Positions 28,409 through 40,483 of a stretch of 64,000 bases of DNA are shown here, piece after piece. Every line of letters starts with the position of its first letter. Position 1 is the first letter of the stretch. The notes beneath the pieces are model-generated. The model ran no database searches. It worked only from the letters and a program-made list of their open reading frames with translations, and was not told the origin of the DNA. The translations under genes were made by a program, and so were the position numbers. Source of the stretch: Nannocystis sp. RBIL2 (GTDB lineage: Bacteria; Myxococcota_A; Polyangia; Nannocystales; Nannocystaceae); the NCBI RefSeq assembly GCF_026626745.1, contig NZ_JAPNJW010000001.1, positions 652,311 to 716,310 on the forward strand. The letters run 5' to 3'.

Positions 28409-30054
28409 TTGTCACCCCCGGTGTTGAGGATGTTGACGACGAAGCGCGCCGGCGGGCACCCGTGGCTGACCGCGTTGCTCTGCGACGGCTCGCCCTTGCC
28501 GTCGCTCATGCTGCCGCCGAGGCGGTACGTGTCTGTCCCTCCGAGCATGTCACACGAGCTCCAGAATTCGACCGTGTTGGCCTGATACGCCACGTCTCGC
28601 AGCGGCCGCGTCAACCGCCCGTTCTTGATCTCCCAGAAGAACTGGCCCGAGAACTGGAAGTTGTAGCGCTGCTGATCGATCGACCAACTGCCGCGGCCCG
28701 TGATCAGCACCCCGTCGTCGGTCGCCGAGATCAGGTCCTCCGTCGTGTAGCCCTCGGTGCCCGGCTGCAGGCTCACGTTCGGCATGCGCTGGAACGGCAC
28801 GCTCGCGTAGCTGTCGGCGTAGCTGCAGCCGCGGCTCGCCTGCTCGCCGGCCGCCGCCGCCAGGTCGCGCGTCGTCTGCCAGCCGACGAACGTCCCCTTC
28901 TTCACCAGGTCCCAGCGCTGCGACGCCACCGCCTCGTCGTCCCACGCGGTCGTCGCCAGACCGCCCGGCTGCGTGCGATCGGCCGCGAGGTTCACGATCT
29001 CGCTGCCGATCTTGACCTTGCCCGCCCTGTCGGGCCCGAGGAAGCTCGTGCCGGCGTAGTTCGCCTCGTAGCCGAGCGCCCGGTCGAGCTCCGTCGAGTG
29101 GCCGATGCTCTCGTGGATCGTCAGCCACAGGTTCGACGGCGCCAGGATCGCGTGCTTTTTGCCCGGCACCGCCGGCGCCGCGTGCAGCTTCTGCAGCGCC
29201 TCCTCGGCGATCTTCGGCGCGCTGCCGACCAGGTCCGCCGCGGTCACGTGCTCCCAGCCGGCCAGCATCGGCGCCACCTCGTGATCACGCCCCGCGAAGC
29301 GACCGCGCCGGCGATCGATCGCCGTCGCGGTCAGCCCGGGAATCACGCGGAAGAAGATCTGGTGGACCCGCGAGCCCTCGCTCGTCATCACCAGCTTCTC
29401 CTCGCGCACGCACGCCACGTTCGCGTCCACGTGGGCCACCCCGGGCACCGCCAGCGCCGCGCGGGCCGCCGCCAGCAGCAGCTCCGCCTTCTCGGCCGGC
29501 GCGATCGAGAACGGGTCGACCTGGAACGGCGACACCCAGCCGCCCTGCAGCACCGGCGCCGGCGCCAGAGTCACCGGCTGCGGCATCAGCAGCGCGCTCT
29601 GGCGAGCCATCGCCACCGCCGCCTTGGCGATCCCCTCGACCGCCTTCGCGCTGCGCTCCGCCGTCGCCGCGAAGCCCCAGCCGCCGTCCGCGATCACCCG
29701 CAGACCGACCCCGTAGTCCTCGCTGCGACCGATCCCGCTCACGTGGTCGTCGCGCACGCCGACCCGCTCGCGGCGCATCAGCACCAGGCGCGCGTCGGCG
29801 TAGCTCGCCCCGGCCTTCGTCGCCGCCGCGAGCGCAGTGCGCAGCAGCGACTCGTCGGCCAGCAAGCGGCTCGCGGCCAGCAGGGCCATGCCCGCGTCTG
29901 CGCTCGCGGGCGCCGACTTCGGCGCCGGGATCCGGCTCGGCGCCGGACCGGCCCACGCCGCGCGCGAGCCGTGGAGCAGCGCCTCGGCCCCACAGAGCCC
30001 CGTGAGCGCGAGGAAGGAGCGGCGAGAGCTCGACATCGGCGCGATGATACCCAT
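28405..30054 (-). CDS. tldD: TldD-family metallopeptidase with a Tat signal peptide
   Basis: Start is trimmed to MGIIAPMSSSRRSFLALTGLCGAEALL (twin-arginine motif), and the HESIGH zinc motif is present. The N-terminal remainder of ORF 28405..30651 is junk. Confidence 0.8.
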   Translation of the reverse strand: MGIIAPMSSSRRSFLALTGLCGAEALLHGSRAAWAGPAPSRIPAPKSAPASADAGMALLAASRLLADESLLRTALAAATKAGASYADARLVLMRRERVGVRDDHVSGIGRSEDYGVGLRVIADGGWGFAATAERSAKAVEGIAKAAVAMARQSALLMPQPVTLAPAPVLQGGWVSPFQVDPFSIAPAEKAELLLAAARAALAVPGVAHVDANVACVREEKLVMTSEGSRVHQIFFRVIPGLTATAIDRRRGRFAGRDHEVAPMLAGWEHVTAADLVGSAPKIAEEALQKLHAAPAVPGKKHAILAPSNLWLTIHESIGHSTELDRALGYEANYAGTSFLGPDRAGKVKIGSEIVNLAADRTQPGGLATTAWDDEAVASQRWDLVKKGTFVGWQTTRDLAAAAGEQASRGCSYADSYASVPFQRMPNVSLQPGTEGYTTEDLISATDDGVLITGRGSWSIDQQRYNFQFSGQFFWEIKNGRLTRPLRDVAYQANTVEFWSSCDMLGGTDTYRLGGSMSDGKGEPSQSNAVSHGCPPARFVVNILNTGGDK

Positions 30055-30623
30055 CCCGCCCGCGGCGCCGCGCCCGAAATGCACGCCTCTACAGCCGCCC
30101 GCGGACCCGAGCCACGCGGAGGATCCCCTGCCCGCGGCGCCTCCCGGGTCGTCCAGCCCCGACGGTCCCCGGATCGACGCCTGGGTCCTCGCCCTGCGCG
30201 CGACCCACCCCGGCGGGCAGCCCCTGCGGAGATCCCCGCGTCCGGCCGCGCCCCCGACGCCGGTCCCCCGCGCCGGTTCGCAATGCATCGACCGTCCGCC
30301 CTCCCTGCAATCACCACTGCCGCCCGGACTCTCCGCGAACCTCGCCACAAGTCCTCCTGTCGCCCTCTCGCGGCCTCTCCTCGCATTCGCCCGCCCCCCG
30401 GGCCTCCGCGCATTCGCATGGCGCCCGTCGCCTCGCGACCCCGCCTCTCGTCTCGTTCCTCGTGCCGGACACATGCTCGTAGCGAGCGCGTCGTCGACGC
30501 GACATCGGACCCCCGCATGCGAAGCCCCTCGGCGCTCCCCCGACGATGGATCCGAACATCCCCGTCCCGATCGCTTCGGTCGGGTACTTGCCCTCATGAG
30601 GGTGATCGTGCGTTCATCGCCCC

Positions 30624-32069
30624 ATGGTCTCCCCTCGTTTTCCGGTCGCATCCATGGCCGTCGCCGGTCTCCTCGTCGCCTGCGGGGACAGCGGGCGCGC
30701 CGACTCGGCCAGCGCCACGGCTCCGACCACCGTGGCGACCAGCATCGGCAGCCTCACCCTGCCGCCCGAGACCACGATGACGGACCCCACGCAGGGCGGT
30801 TCGATGAGCGCCAGCGAGGGCACCGACGGCACCGTCGGTCAGACCGAGGGCGCCACCGGCGACCCGCCGACCACCACCAACGGTTCGATGTCGGGTCCGA
30901 CCACCAACGGCGGCCCCAAGTTCGACCTCGGCGTCACGCCTGACGGCGGCATGGGCTGCGGGGGCGACATGGACATCGACGAGAGCTTCATCTGGATCCC
31001 CGCCACCAGCGACGGCCTCGTCTCCAAGATCAACACCCGCACGATGGTCGAGGAGGCGCGCTACCTCACCGGTCCGAGCGGCGGAACCGAGAGCGTCTCG
31101 CGAACCGCCGTCTCGGGCGACGGTCGGTTCGTCGTCGTCAACGCGCGCGGCACCGGGCGTTCCACCGCCGTCGCCGCCAACATCGCCGATTGCATCGACT
31201 TCAACGGCGACGGCCAGATCACCACCTCCACCAGCGTCGCCGACATCAAGCCGTGGGGCACCGACGAGTGCGTCGTGTGGACCCTCGTCCACGCCAACTG
31301 GTCGGGCCAGTACGTCGAGGGTCCGCGCGGCATCACCTGGACCATCGGCGACTACGACAAGGCCACCTGCACGTACAAGAACCAGAAGGTCTGGCTCGGC
31401 TTCGGCGCCCTCCAGGCCGGCTCTGCCAACATGGTCCGGCTCGACGGCGCCACCGGCGTCATGGAGCAGTCGATGGAGGCCGTCGCGTGGAACGGCAGCG
31501 GCTACGCCCCTTACGGCGGCGCCCTCGACCCGCTGGGCAACGCCTGGTTCACCGGCTTGCGCGGCGAGCTCGCGCGCGTCAACGCCAACGAGAACCCGAT
31601 CACCCTCACCCGGATCCCCCAGCCCGCCAACATCCAGTCCTACGGCATGACCGTCGACCGCAACGGCAACCCGTGGCTCGCCGGCTGCTCCGGCCCGGTC
31701 TCGACCTACGACGTCGCCACCAACCAGTGGATCTCGGTCGCCGGCACCAACGCCTGCCACCGCGGCATGGCCATCGACCACGACGACCACGCCTGGGTCG
31801 CCTCCAACAGCCCGTGCGGCCTCGTCGAGATCGACGTCCCCACCCGCACCCTCGTCGCCCAGCACACCCTCGCCCAGTGCTCGACCCCGATCGGCGTCAG
31901 CGTCGACGTCGACGGCTTCGTGTGGCTGGTCGACCAGGCCGGCTGGGCCTGGAAGATCGACCCGCTCAACGTCCCGGCCATGCAGAACATCCCCGTCGCC
32001 GGCGACCACTATGTATATAGCGACATGACGGGCGGCCAGCTCAAGAGCGTCACCCCCCCGCCGGGCTGA
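30624..32069 (+). CDS. hypothetical lipoprotein (beta-propeller-like)
   Basis: MAVAGLLVACG lipobox (an alternative start lies at 30654) and a Thr/Gly-rich linker. The C-terminal domain has repeated G..W/..D.DG.. motifs. Confidence 0.6.
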   Translation: MVSPRFPVASMAVAGLLVACGDSGRADSASATAPTTVATSIGSLTLPPETTMTDPTQGGSMSASEGTDGTVGQTEGATGDPPTTTNGSMSGPTTNGGPKFDLGVTPDGGMGCGGDMDIDESFIWIPATSDGLVSKINTRTMVEEARYLTGPSGGTESVSRTAVSGDGRFVVVNARGTGRSTAVAANIADCIDFNGDGQITTSTSVADIKPWGTDECVVWTLVHANWSGQYVEGPRGITWTIGDYDKATCTYKNQKVWLGFGALQAGSANMVRLDGATGVMEQSMEAVAWNGSGYAPYGGALDPLGNAWFTGLRGELARVNANENPITLTRIPQPANIQSYGMTVDRNGNPWLAGCSGPVSTYDVATNQWISVAGTNACHRGMAIDHDDHAWVASNSPCGLVEIDVPTRTLVAQHTLAQCSTPIGVSVDVDGFVWLVDQAGWAWKIDPLNVPAMQNIPVAGDHYVYSDMTGGQLKSVTPPPG

Positions 32070-32213
32070 TCGCCCATTCGCAACGCCGAGCCCGCGCAAC
32101 GCCACCGCTCGGCGGGTCGATCGCGGCGCCGCCCAGGCGGCCGAAACACCGCCGCCTGCGGCCGAACAGCGACCACGCGCCTTGCCCGCGCCTACGCGGC
32201 GGTCCACCCCGAA

Positions 32214-32453
32214 GTGCTCTCCGGTCTACCCGCGGAGTTCAAGCCGACTCAGTACGTTCGCTACGCCGGCCGTCTCGTCGCCCTCCTCATCTGGGCCGGC
32301 CTGTACTTCCGCATGCGCGACGAGTACCGGGCCGCGCGGCTGCAGGACGCGCACCTCCCGGGCTGGCGCGAGGCGCTGATGTGGATGCTCGTCGGCTGGG
32401 TGGTCTCGTTCGCTGCCGTGATGGCGCTCGTGGTGATCTTCAAGGCGCTATGA
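32214..32453 (+). CDS. small membrane protein
   Basis: 79 aa, two predicted TM helices, GTG start. It is coupled to the next gene by an ATGA overlap. Confidence 0.4.
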   Translation: MLSGLPAEFKPTQYVRYAGRLVALLIWAGLYFRMRDEYRAARLQDAHLPGWREALMWMLVGWVVSFAAVMALVVIFKAL

Positions 32454-33328
32454 GCGAGCTGCACGGCCTCCAGCACCAGATCGGCAGGCTGCTCGAGGTC
32501 CGGCGGCCGCATGACGCGCGGGCATTGGTCGGCGAGGCGCTCGCGCTCGACCCTGCCGATCCGGACACCCTCTGCCTCGCGGGCCGCGTCGAGCTCGCGC
32601 AGCAGCAGCGCGCAGAGGCCGAGCGGCGCGCCCACGAGGCGCTCGCGCGGGCGCCCGGGCACGACGGCGCCCGCTCGCTCCTGTTCGACATCCTGCTCGC
32701 CGACAAGCGCCACGCCGAAGCCGAGGCCGTCGTGCTCGAGCGGCTGCGCGACGACCCGGCCGATCCGGTCGCCCTCACCGACTACGCCCGGCTGCTCCTC
32801 CACGTCTTTCAGCTCGACAAGGCCCGCGCCCTGGTCGCCGAGGCCCTGCGCTGCGCTCCCGACGACGCGGCCGCGCAGGTGCTCGACGCCGTCCTGCACG
32901 TGATCCAGGGCGACGATCGAGCCGCCGCCGACCGCCTCGCGCGGCTGGTCGCCGCCGACCCCGAGGCCGCGCACGTGGCGTGGACGGCGATGCTCGTGCT
33001 CAGCGAGCGCGGTCATCCCCGGCAGGCGCTCGAGATCGGCCGCCAATTGCTGCGCACGAGCCCCGACAATCCCCGGCTGGTCGACGCGGTGATCGAGCTG
33101 CGACTCGCCAGCCACTGGTCGATGCTGCCGCTGTGGCCGATCCTCCGCGGAGGGTGGGTCGCCAGCGCGGTCCTGTGGGCCGTGGCGGTGTTTGGCCTCA
33201 TCCTCCTGCGGCCGTTCGTCCACGAGGTCGTGCTCCTCGTCCTCGCCCTCCTCTACCTCGCCCTGCTCCTCTATTCTTACGTCGGGCCGCCGCTGCTGCG
33301 CCGGTGGCTGCGCTGGAGGGGATTCTGA
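32450..33328 (+). CDS. TPR-repeat protein with C-terminal TM helices
   Basis: ATG 32450 (MSELHGL). It has repeated A-rich helical TPR-like units and a C-terminal hydrophobic region. Confidence 0.55.
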   Translation: MSELHGLQHQIGRLLEVRRPHDARALVGEALALDPADPDTLCLAGRVELAQQQRAEAERRAHEALARAPGHDGARSLLFDILLADKRHAEAEAVVLERLRDDPADPVALTDYARLLLHVFQLDKARALVAEALRCAPDDAAAQVLDAVLHVIQGDDRAAADRLARLVAADPEAAHVAWTAMLVLSERGHPRQALEIGRQLLRTSPDNPRLVDAVIELRLASHWSMLPLWPILRGGWVASAVLWAVAVFGLILLRPFVHEVVLLVLALLYLALLLYSYVGPPLLRRWLRWRGF

Positions 33329-34536
33329 TGACCAGGAGCCGCCCCGAGCTCGAGCGGGCGCTCGCCGAAGATCCCTTCGACCTCGCCACCCGCAAGGAGT
33401 ACGCGCGTGCGCTCGAGGACGACGGTCAAGCGGCGGCCGCGTTGCGTCAATGGGAGTTGGTCTGCCGACAACAGCCCGACTCGGCTGCGGGGTTCCTCGG
33501 GGCCATGCGCTGCCATCGCGCGCTCGGGGCCCTCGAGCGCGCCGAGGCCTGCCTGCGGGAGGCAGAGGCCAAGCAGGATTTCTCGCCCGAGATCAGGCCG
33601 GCGCGGCCCGCCCCGGCCTTGCAGGTCCTCACGGGCGGCGGCGACGTGCGGCCGGCGGCGGTCGTCCCGTTGCGCCCGGCCGCGGTCCGCTTCGACGACG
33701 TGATCGGGCACGCCGCGCTGAAGAAGACCCTCGAAGTGCGGATCATCGCCCCGTTCGTGCGCCCCGGCCTGTTCGCGCGGTTCGGCAAGCGCGCCGGCGG
33801 CGGCGTCCTCCTGTACGGGCCGCCCGGCTGCGGCAAGACGATGATCGCCCGCGCGATCGCCTCGGAGTGTCGGGCCTCGTTCATCGCCGTCGGGATCAGC
33901 GAGATCCTCGACATGTGGCTCGGCCGGAGCGAGCGCAACCTCGCCGCGGCGTTCGACCGGGCCCGCGAGCAGCGGCCCGCCGTGCTGTTCTTCGACGAAC
34001 TCGACGCGCTCGCCTTCTCGCGCTCCAAGGCCCACACCGATCACACGCGGACCCTGGTCAACGAATTCCTCAACCAGCTCGACGGCGTCGCCCACGACAA
34101 TCAGGGCGTCCTCGTCCTCGGCGCGACCAACATGCCGTGGGACGTCGATCCAGCGATGAAGCGGCCGGGGCGGTTCGATCGCCAGGTGTTCGTCCCGCCG
34201 CCCGACGACGACGCCCGCGCCGAGATGTTCCGCGTCAAGCTGGCCGACGCGCCGACCGGCCCCATCGACGTCCTGCGGGTCGCCCGGGCCACGCCGCACT
34301 GCTCGGGCGCCGACGTCGACGGCGTCATCGAGGCGGCCAAGGAGCGGGTGCTGACAGAGATCCTCGCCGGCGGGCCCGAGCGGCCGATCGCCGAGTCCGA
34401 CCTGCTGGCCGCCGCCAAGGAGGTCCAGCCGTCGACCCTGGAGTGGTTGCGGACCGCGAGGAACCTGGTCAAGTACGCGGGCGACGGCAGCTACCGCGAC
34501 GTCGAGGACTACCTCAAGTCTGCGCGACTGCTGTGA
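33328..34536 (+). CDS. AAA+ ATPase (CDC48/FtsH-like ATPase module) with an N-terminal TPR-like region
   Basis: Walker A (LLYGPPGCGKTM), Walker B (VLFFDELDAL) and a second region of homology (NMPWDVDPAMKRPGRFD). The start ATG overlaps the upstream stop. Confidence 0.8.
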   Translation: MTRSRPELERALAEDPFDLATRKEYARALEDDGQAAAALRQWELVCRQQPDSAAGFLGAMRCHRALGALERAEACLREAEAKQDFSPEIRPARPAPALQVLTGGGDVRPAAVVPLRPAAVRFDDVIGHAALKKTLEVRIIAPFVRPGLFARFGKRAGGGVLLYGPPGCGKTMIARAIASECRASFIAVGISEILDMWLGRSERNLAAAFDRAREQRPAVLFFDELDALAFSRSKAHTDHTRTLVNEFLNQLDGVAHDNQGVLVLGATNMPWDVDPAMKRPGRFDRQVFVPPPDDDARAEMFRVKLADAPTGPIDVLRVARATPHCSGADVDGVIEAAKERVLTEILAGGPERPIAESDLLAAAKEVQPSTLEWLRTARNLVKYAGDGSYRDVEDYLKSARLL

Positions 34537-34676
34537 CCCGGCGGGCGCTCGCGCCGCCTCGATCGCTAGCGATCGCATCACTCCACGCCGAGTCGCGCGA
34601 TCGTCACGCATCCGCGTTCTTCGCGGCGCGCCCCGACGCTCACCGCTCGCACCCGGCTGCTAAGGTGGCCGCGCCG

Positions 34677-36366
<1,690 letters not shown>

Positions 36367-36441
36367 CGGCGCATGGTAACCGCCGGCGCGGCGCGCAACC
36401 AGGCCGCCCGCGCCTGCGCAAACGCCTCCGACCCGCGCGGA

Positions 36442-36822
36442 TCAGCCCCACACCACCATCGAGCGCGACGCGCCGAGGCTGCACGTGATGCGGTCGGAGC
36501 CCGGACCGGACCGCCACGGCCCCAGGCGCTCGCCCTGCCACCTGCAGCGCACCTGCAGCCGCCACTTCACCCCGGGCGTGCCGCCGCAATTCGTGGCCCC
36601 CCAATCGTCGGCCCAGCGGTTGCTGCACGTCATGCCGTGCTGCGATTGCATCGAGCTGCCGCCGCGCGGGGCCACCGGCTCGGCCTCCTCGATCTCGCTC
36701 GTCGCCCCGTCCCATTCGTCCGCCTCGTCGACGAATGTCTGTACCTCCTCGCAACCCGGCGACACCATCAATGGCAGCAGTCCGACGAACACGAGCCCGC
36801 GACGACAGCGACGAATCTCCAT
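36442..36822 (-). CDS. hypothetical lipoprotein
   Basis: MEIRRCRRGLVFVGLLPLMVSPGCEE (lipobox). Trimmed from ORF 36442..36909. Confidence 0.45.
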   Translation of the reverse strand: MEIRRCRRGLVFVGLLPLMVSPGCEEVQTFVDEADEWDGATSEIEEAEPVAPRGGSSMQSQHGMTCSNRWADDWGATNCGGTPGVKWRLQVRCRWQGERLGPWRSGPGSDRITCSLGASRSMVVWG

Positions 36823-37119
36823 GCGTGGCCTCCTCCCCGGCCGCCTCGCGCTCGCGCCTCGCCCCGCGACGTCGCCAGCGCCTCGGCGAAAGCTATCGAG
36901 GCTCTCCACGCGTGCCAGTCCGCCCTCGCCGCCTCACGACCGGCGGACGACCCGCCGGCGCCTCGGCCCCGACATCGACCCACTTCCTCCCCGGCTCGCG
37001 CGCACGCGTCTGCCCGCGAGGCCCCGGCGCTCGGCCCCACGCCGCACTGAGCGGCCCGCGCCGCCCCGCCGTCGAGCGGCCCCGCGCCCGCGGTGCACCG
37101 ATGATGCGTCATCCTCTCG

Positions 37120-37180
37120 ACATGCCGTTCAGGACATGTCCCTATTCACAGGTCTATTCGGACATGTCACCCGACCATCC
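37120..37180 (+). repeat. CATGYCC-family array, 5 units at 14-bp period, between divergent genes
   Basis: CAT at 37121/37135/(CAC 37149)/37163/37176. Confidence 0.85.
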
Positions 37181-37332
37181 AGCCCGCTCCTGACCCGCCG
37201 CCACCGGCCTCGTCGCGTCAGGGCGGGGGCGGCGGGCCCGCCCGCCGGTCGGCGTCGCGCCCGCGAGGACACGGGCGCAGACGGCCTCGTTCCTGCTGCC
37301 CGCTTCGAACAACCTGCCCGCCTCACGTATTC

Positions 37333-40300
37333 TTGGCGAGCGTGCTGCCGGGGGCCGAGTTCACCGAACTGATGGACGACGCGCTCCTCGTCGTCTCGCC
37401 GGCCGGCGCCGTCGAGGCCGCCAACGCCGCGGCCGAGCGTTTGCTCGGGGCCTCGCGCGCCGCCCTGATCGGCCGCGACCTCGCCGCCCTGCTGCCCGTC
37501 TCGGCGCTCGGCCAGGCCTGTCGGGGCGCCGTCGAGGCCCGCTTCACCACCGACGACGGCCGCGGCGCCCGGCTCGCCGTGCGCGTCGTCCCCCGTCCCG
37601 AGGGCGCCTGGATCGTCCTCCGCCCCGAGCCCGCCGCGCTCGTCGCTCCCGACTTGAAGTCGGACCAGCACCTCCGCGCGCTCCTCAGCCAGGCCCCGGT
37701 CGTGCTGTTCGCCTGCGACGCCCGCGGCGTCATCACCTTGAACGAGCCCCACGGCCTCAGCCCGCTGCGCCCGCACCCCGGCAACGACGTCGGCCGCTCG
37801 CTGTTCGAGATCTACGGCGACATCCCATGGGTGGTCGACGCCGCCCGCCGGGCGCTCGCCGGCGAATCGCTGACGGCGGTCGGCCCCCTGCGCGGCGTGC
37901 TCTACGAGGCCCACTACAGCCCGATCCGCGTCGACGGCCAGTTGCAAGGCTTCATCGGCGTCGCCCTCGACGTCACCGAGCGCGAGCAGACCATCGCGCG
38001 CTACGCCAGCCAGCAGGCGGTGTTCAAGTACGTGCTGGCCAACGTCCCGCAGTCGATCTTCTGGAAGGACCGCGACTCGCGCTACCTCGGCTGCAACCAG
38101 CACTTCCTCCAGAGCACCCGCTTCACCAGCCTCGAGGAGGTGATCGGCAAGACTGACTACGAAGTCTGCACCTCGCGCGAGGAGGCCGATTTCTTCCGCA
38201 TGATGGACGACAGGGTCATGCGGAGCGGCGTCCCGATCTTCAACATCGAGGAGCCGTTGCGCCTGTCCGACGGCACCGACACCTACCTCTTGACCAGCAA
38301 GGTCCCGATCCGCGACGACCGCGGCGAGGTCACCGGCCTCCTCGGCATTCACGTCGACATCACCGAGCGCAAGCGCATGGAGCTCGAGCTGCAGCGGGCC
38401 AAGGAGGCCGCCGACGCCGCGCTGCGAGCCAAGAGCGAGTTCCTCACCACCATCAGCCACGAGCTGCGGACCCCGCTCGCGCTGATCCTCGGCCCGCTCG
38501 AGTCGTTGCTCGCCGGCGCCGACGAGCTGCGCGGCGAGCAGGCGCGGGCCGCCTTGACCCGCATGTGGCGCAACGCCTCGCGGCTCGGCAGGCTCGTCGA
38601 CGACATCCTCGACTATCAAAAGCTCGAGGCCGGCAAGCTGCGGCCCACCTGGGAGCCAATCGACGTCCACGGCCTCGTGCTCGACATCGTCCTCGACGCC
38701 GAGCCGGCCGCCCAGGCCGCGGGCATCGACCTGCAGCAAGCCCTGGCGGACGACCTCGGAGTCGTCCCGCTCGACCGGCGCATGTTCGAGAAGATCCTGC
38801 TCAACCTCCTCGGCAACGCCCTCAAGTTCACCCCCGCCGGCGGCACCGTCACCGTCGCGCTCGCCGGCGATCGCAAGCGGCTGCGCCTCACCGTCCGCGA
38901 CACCGGCCCCGGCATCGCCCCCGACGAGCACGAGCGGGTGTTCCAGCGCTTCGAACAGCTCGACAGCTCGATCAGCCGCAAGCACGAGGGCACCGGCCTC
39001 GGCCTGGCGCTCGTGCGCGAGTTCGCCGCGAAGCTCGGCGGCGCCGTCGAGCTCCACAGCGCCCTCGGCGAGGGCGCCTGCTTCGTCGTCGACCTGCCGA
39101 TCGACGCCGATCGCCTCGTCGACCTCGCCGCCGCGCGCGAGCCCGTCGTCACCCGCCGCGGCCGCTTCGACGTCGTCGCCGACGACGTCCTACCCGAGCC
39201 CGCGCCCGACCTGCCGCGCCTCCTCGTCGCCGAAGACAACCCCGACATGCGCGCCTACATCGCCGCGGTCCTCGGCCCCGACTACGCCGTCGAGCTGACC
39301 GCCAACGGCATCGACGCCCTGCAGGCCGCCCGCGCGCGCCCGCCCGACGTCATCCTCGCCGACGTCATGATGCCGGAGATGGACGGCTACGAGCTCGTCA
39401 CGCGGCTCAAGCGCGACGACGACCTGCGCCACGTCCCCGTCGTCCTCCTCAGCGCCAAGGCCAGCCGCGAGGAGACCGCGCGCGGCCTCGACGTCGGCGC
39501 CGACGACTACTTGCCCAAGCCGTTCGCCGCCGTCGAGCTGCGCTCGCGCGTCCGCGCCGCGCTCCGCCTGCACCGCACCCACCTCGAGGTCGTGCGCCAG
39601 AAGCAGGCGCTCGAGCAGGCCCTGCAGGCCCTCCAGGACACCCAGGAGCAGCTGGTCCAGTCGAGCAAGATGGCGGCCGTCGGCGCCCTCGTGGCCGGCC
39701 TGTCGCATGAGCTCAACAACCCGGTCGCGGTGATCCGCATGAGCGCGCAGATGCTGCTGCGCCGCAGCCCCCGCGACCCGTTCGTGCGCCGCGCCCTCGA
39801 GCGGATCGAGCGTCACTCGCAGCGCTGCGCCGCCCTCGTCGACGCCCTGCTCGCCTACACCCGCCGGCGCCCGCCCAGCGCCGAGCGCTGCGAGCTCGCC
39901 CAGGTGCTCCGCTGGCTGGTCGAGCTCGTGAGGCCCGAGGCCGACGAGCGCGGCGTCCGACTGATCGCCGGGTTCACCGGCGCCTCGCTGCCCGCGCTGG
40001 TGGTCCACCGCCCCTCGCTCGAGTCCGCCCTCCTCAACGTGTTCGGCAACGCCGCCGACGCCACCGGCCCCGGCGGTGCGATCGAGATCGAGGCCCGCGG
40101 CGCGCCCGGCGGCGACGGCCGCGAGGGCGCCGAGATCGTCATCCGCGACAGCGGCGCCGGCATCGCCGCCCACGATCTCCCGCACGTGTTCGAGCCGTTT
40201 TACACCACCAAGCCGCCCGGCAAGGGCACCGGCCTCGGCCTGTCGATGGCGCAGAAGTTCGTTCGCGCCCACGGCGGCACCATCCGCATCGACAGCGAGC

Positions 40301-40401
40301 TCGGTCGCGGCACCGTCGTGCGCATGTGGCTGCCCCTGATCCCCCCCGACGCGGCCACGGCCGACGGCCCCGCCACCGCCGCGGCGGCCGAGCCAGCCTG
40401 A
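37333..40401 (+). CDS. hybrid sensor histidine kinase: PAS domains, kinase core, receiver domain, and a second kinase core
   Basis: HisKA boxes at ISHELRTPL and LSHELNNPV. Two HATPase_c regions (GTGLGLALV, GTGLGLSMA). A receiver domain (LLVAEDNPDMR...ILADVMMPEMDGYEL...LLSAKAS). The start is uncertain, with TTG 37333, GTG 37342 or ATG 37372 possible. Confidence 0.85.
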   Translation: MASVLPGAEFTELMDDALLVVSPAGAVEAANAAAERLLGASRAALIGRDLAALLPVSALGQACRGAVEARFTTDDGRGARLAVRVVPRPEGAWIVLRPEPAALVAPDLKSDQHLRALLSQAPVVLFACDARGVITLNEPHGLSPLRPHPGNDVGRSLFEIYGDIPWVVDAARRALAGESLTAVGPLRGVLYEAHYSPIRVDGQLQGFIGVALDVTEREQTIARYASQQAVFKYVLANVPQSIFWKDRDSRYLGCNQHFLQSTRFTSLEEVIGKTDYEVCTSREEADFFRMMDDRVMRSGVPIFNIEEPLRLSDGTDTYLLTSKVPIRDDRGEVTGLLGIHVDITERKRMELELQRAKEAADAALRAKSEFLTTISHELRTPLALILGPLESLLAGADELRGEQARAALTRMWRNASRLGRLVDDILDYQKLEAGKLRPTWEPIDVHGLVLDIVLDAEPAAQAAGIDLQQALADDLGVVPLDRRMFEKILLNLLGNALKFTPAGGTVTVALAGDRKRLRLTVRDTGPGIAPDEHERVFQRFEQLDSSISRKHEGTGLGLALVREFAAKLGGAVELHSALGEGACFVVDLPIDADRLVDLAAAREPVVTRRGRFDVVADDVLPEPAPDLPRLLVAEDNPDMRAYIAAVLGPDYAVELTANGIDALQAARARPPDVILADVMMPEMDGYELVTRLKRDDDLRHVPVVLLSAKASREETARGLDVGADDYLPKPFAAVELRSRVRAALRLHRTHLEVVRQKQALEQALQALQDTQEQLVQSSKMAAVGALVAGLSHELNNPVAVIRMSAQMLLRRSPRDPFVRRALERIERHSQRCAALVDALLAYTRRRPPSAERCELAQVLRWLVELVRPEADERGVRLIAGFTGASLPALVVHRPSLESALLNVFGNAADATGPGGAIEIEARGAPGGDGREGAEIVIRDSGAGIAAHDLPHVFEPFYTTKPPGKGTGLGLSMAQKFVRAHGGTIRIDSELGRGTVVRMWLPLIPPDAATADGPATAAAAEPA

Positions 40402-40483
40402 TGAACCGCCCCGCGCTCGTGTCGCCGCCCCGGACCGCCTATCCTCGAGCGAGCGCTGCGACCTCCCTTCGCCGCCGCCCGCG

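Noticed and set aside
30588-30599. Isolated palindrome CCCTCATGAGGG upstream of the lipoprotein gene
   Set aside because: Single short palindrome with no array context, so it cannot be distinguished from chance.
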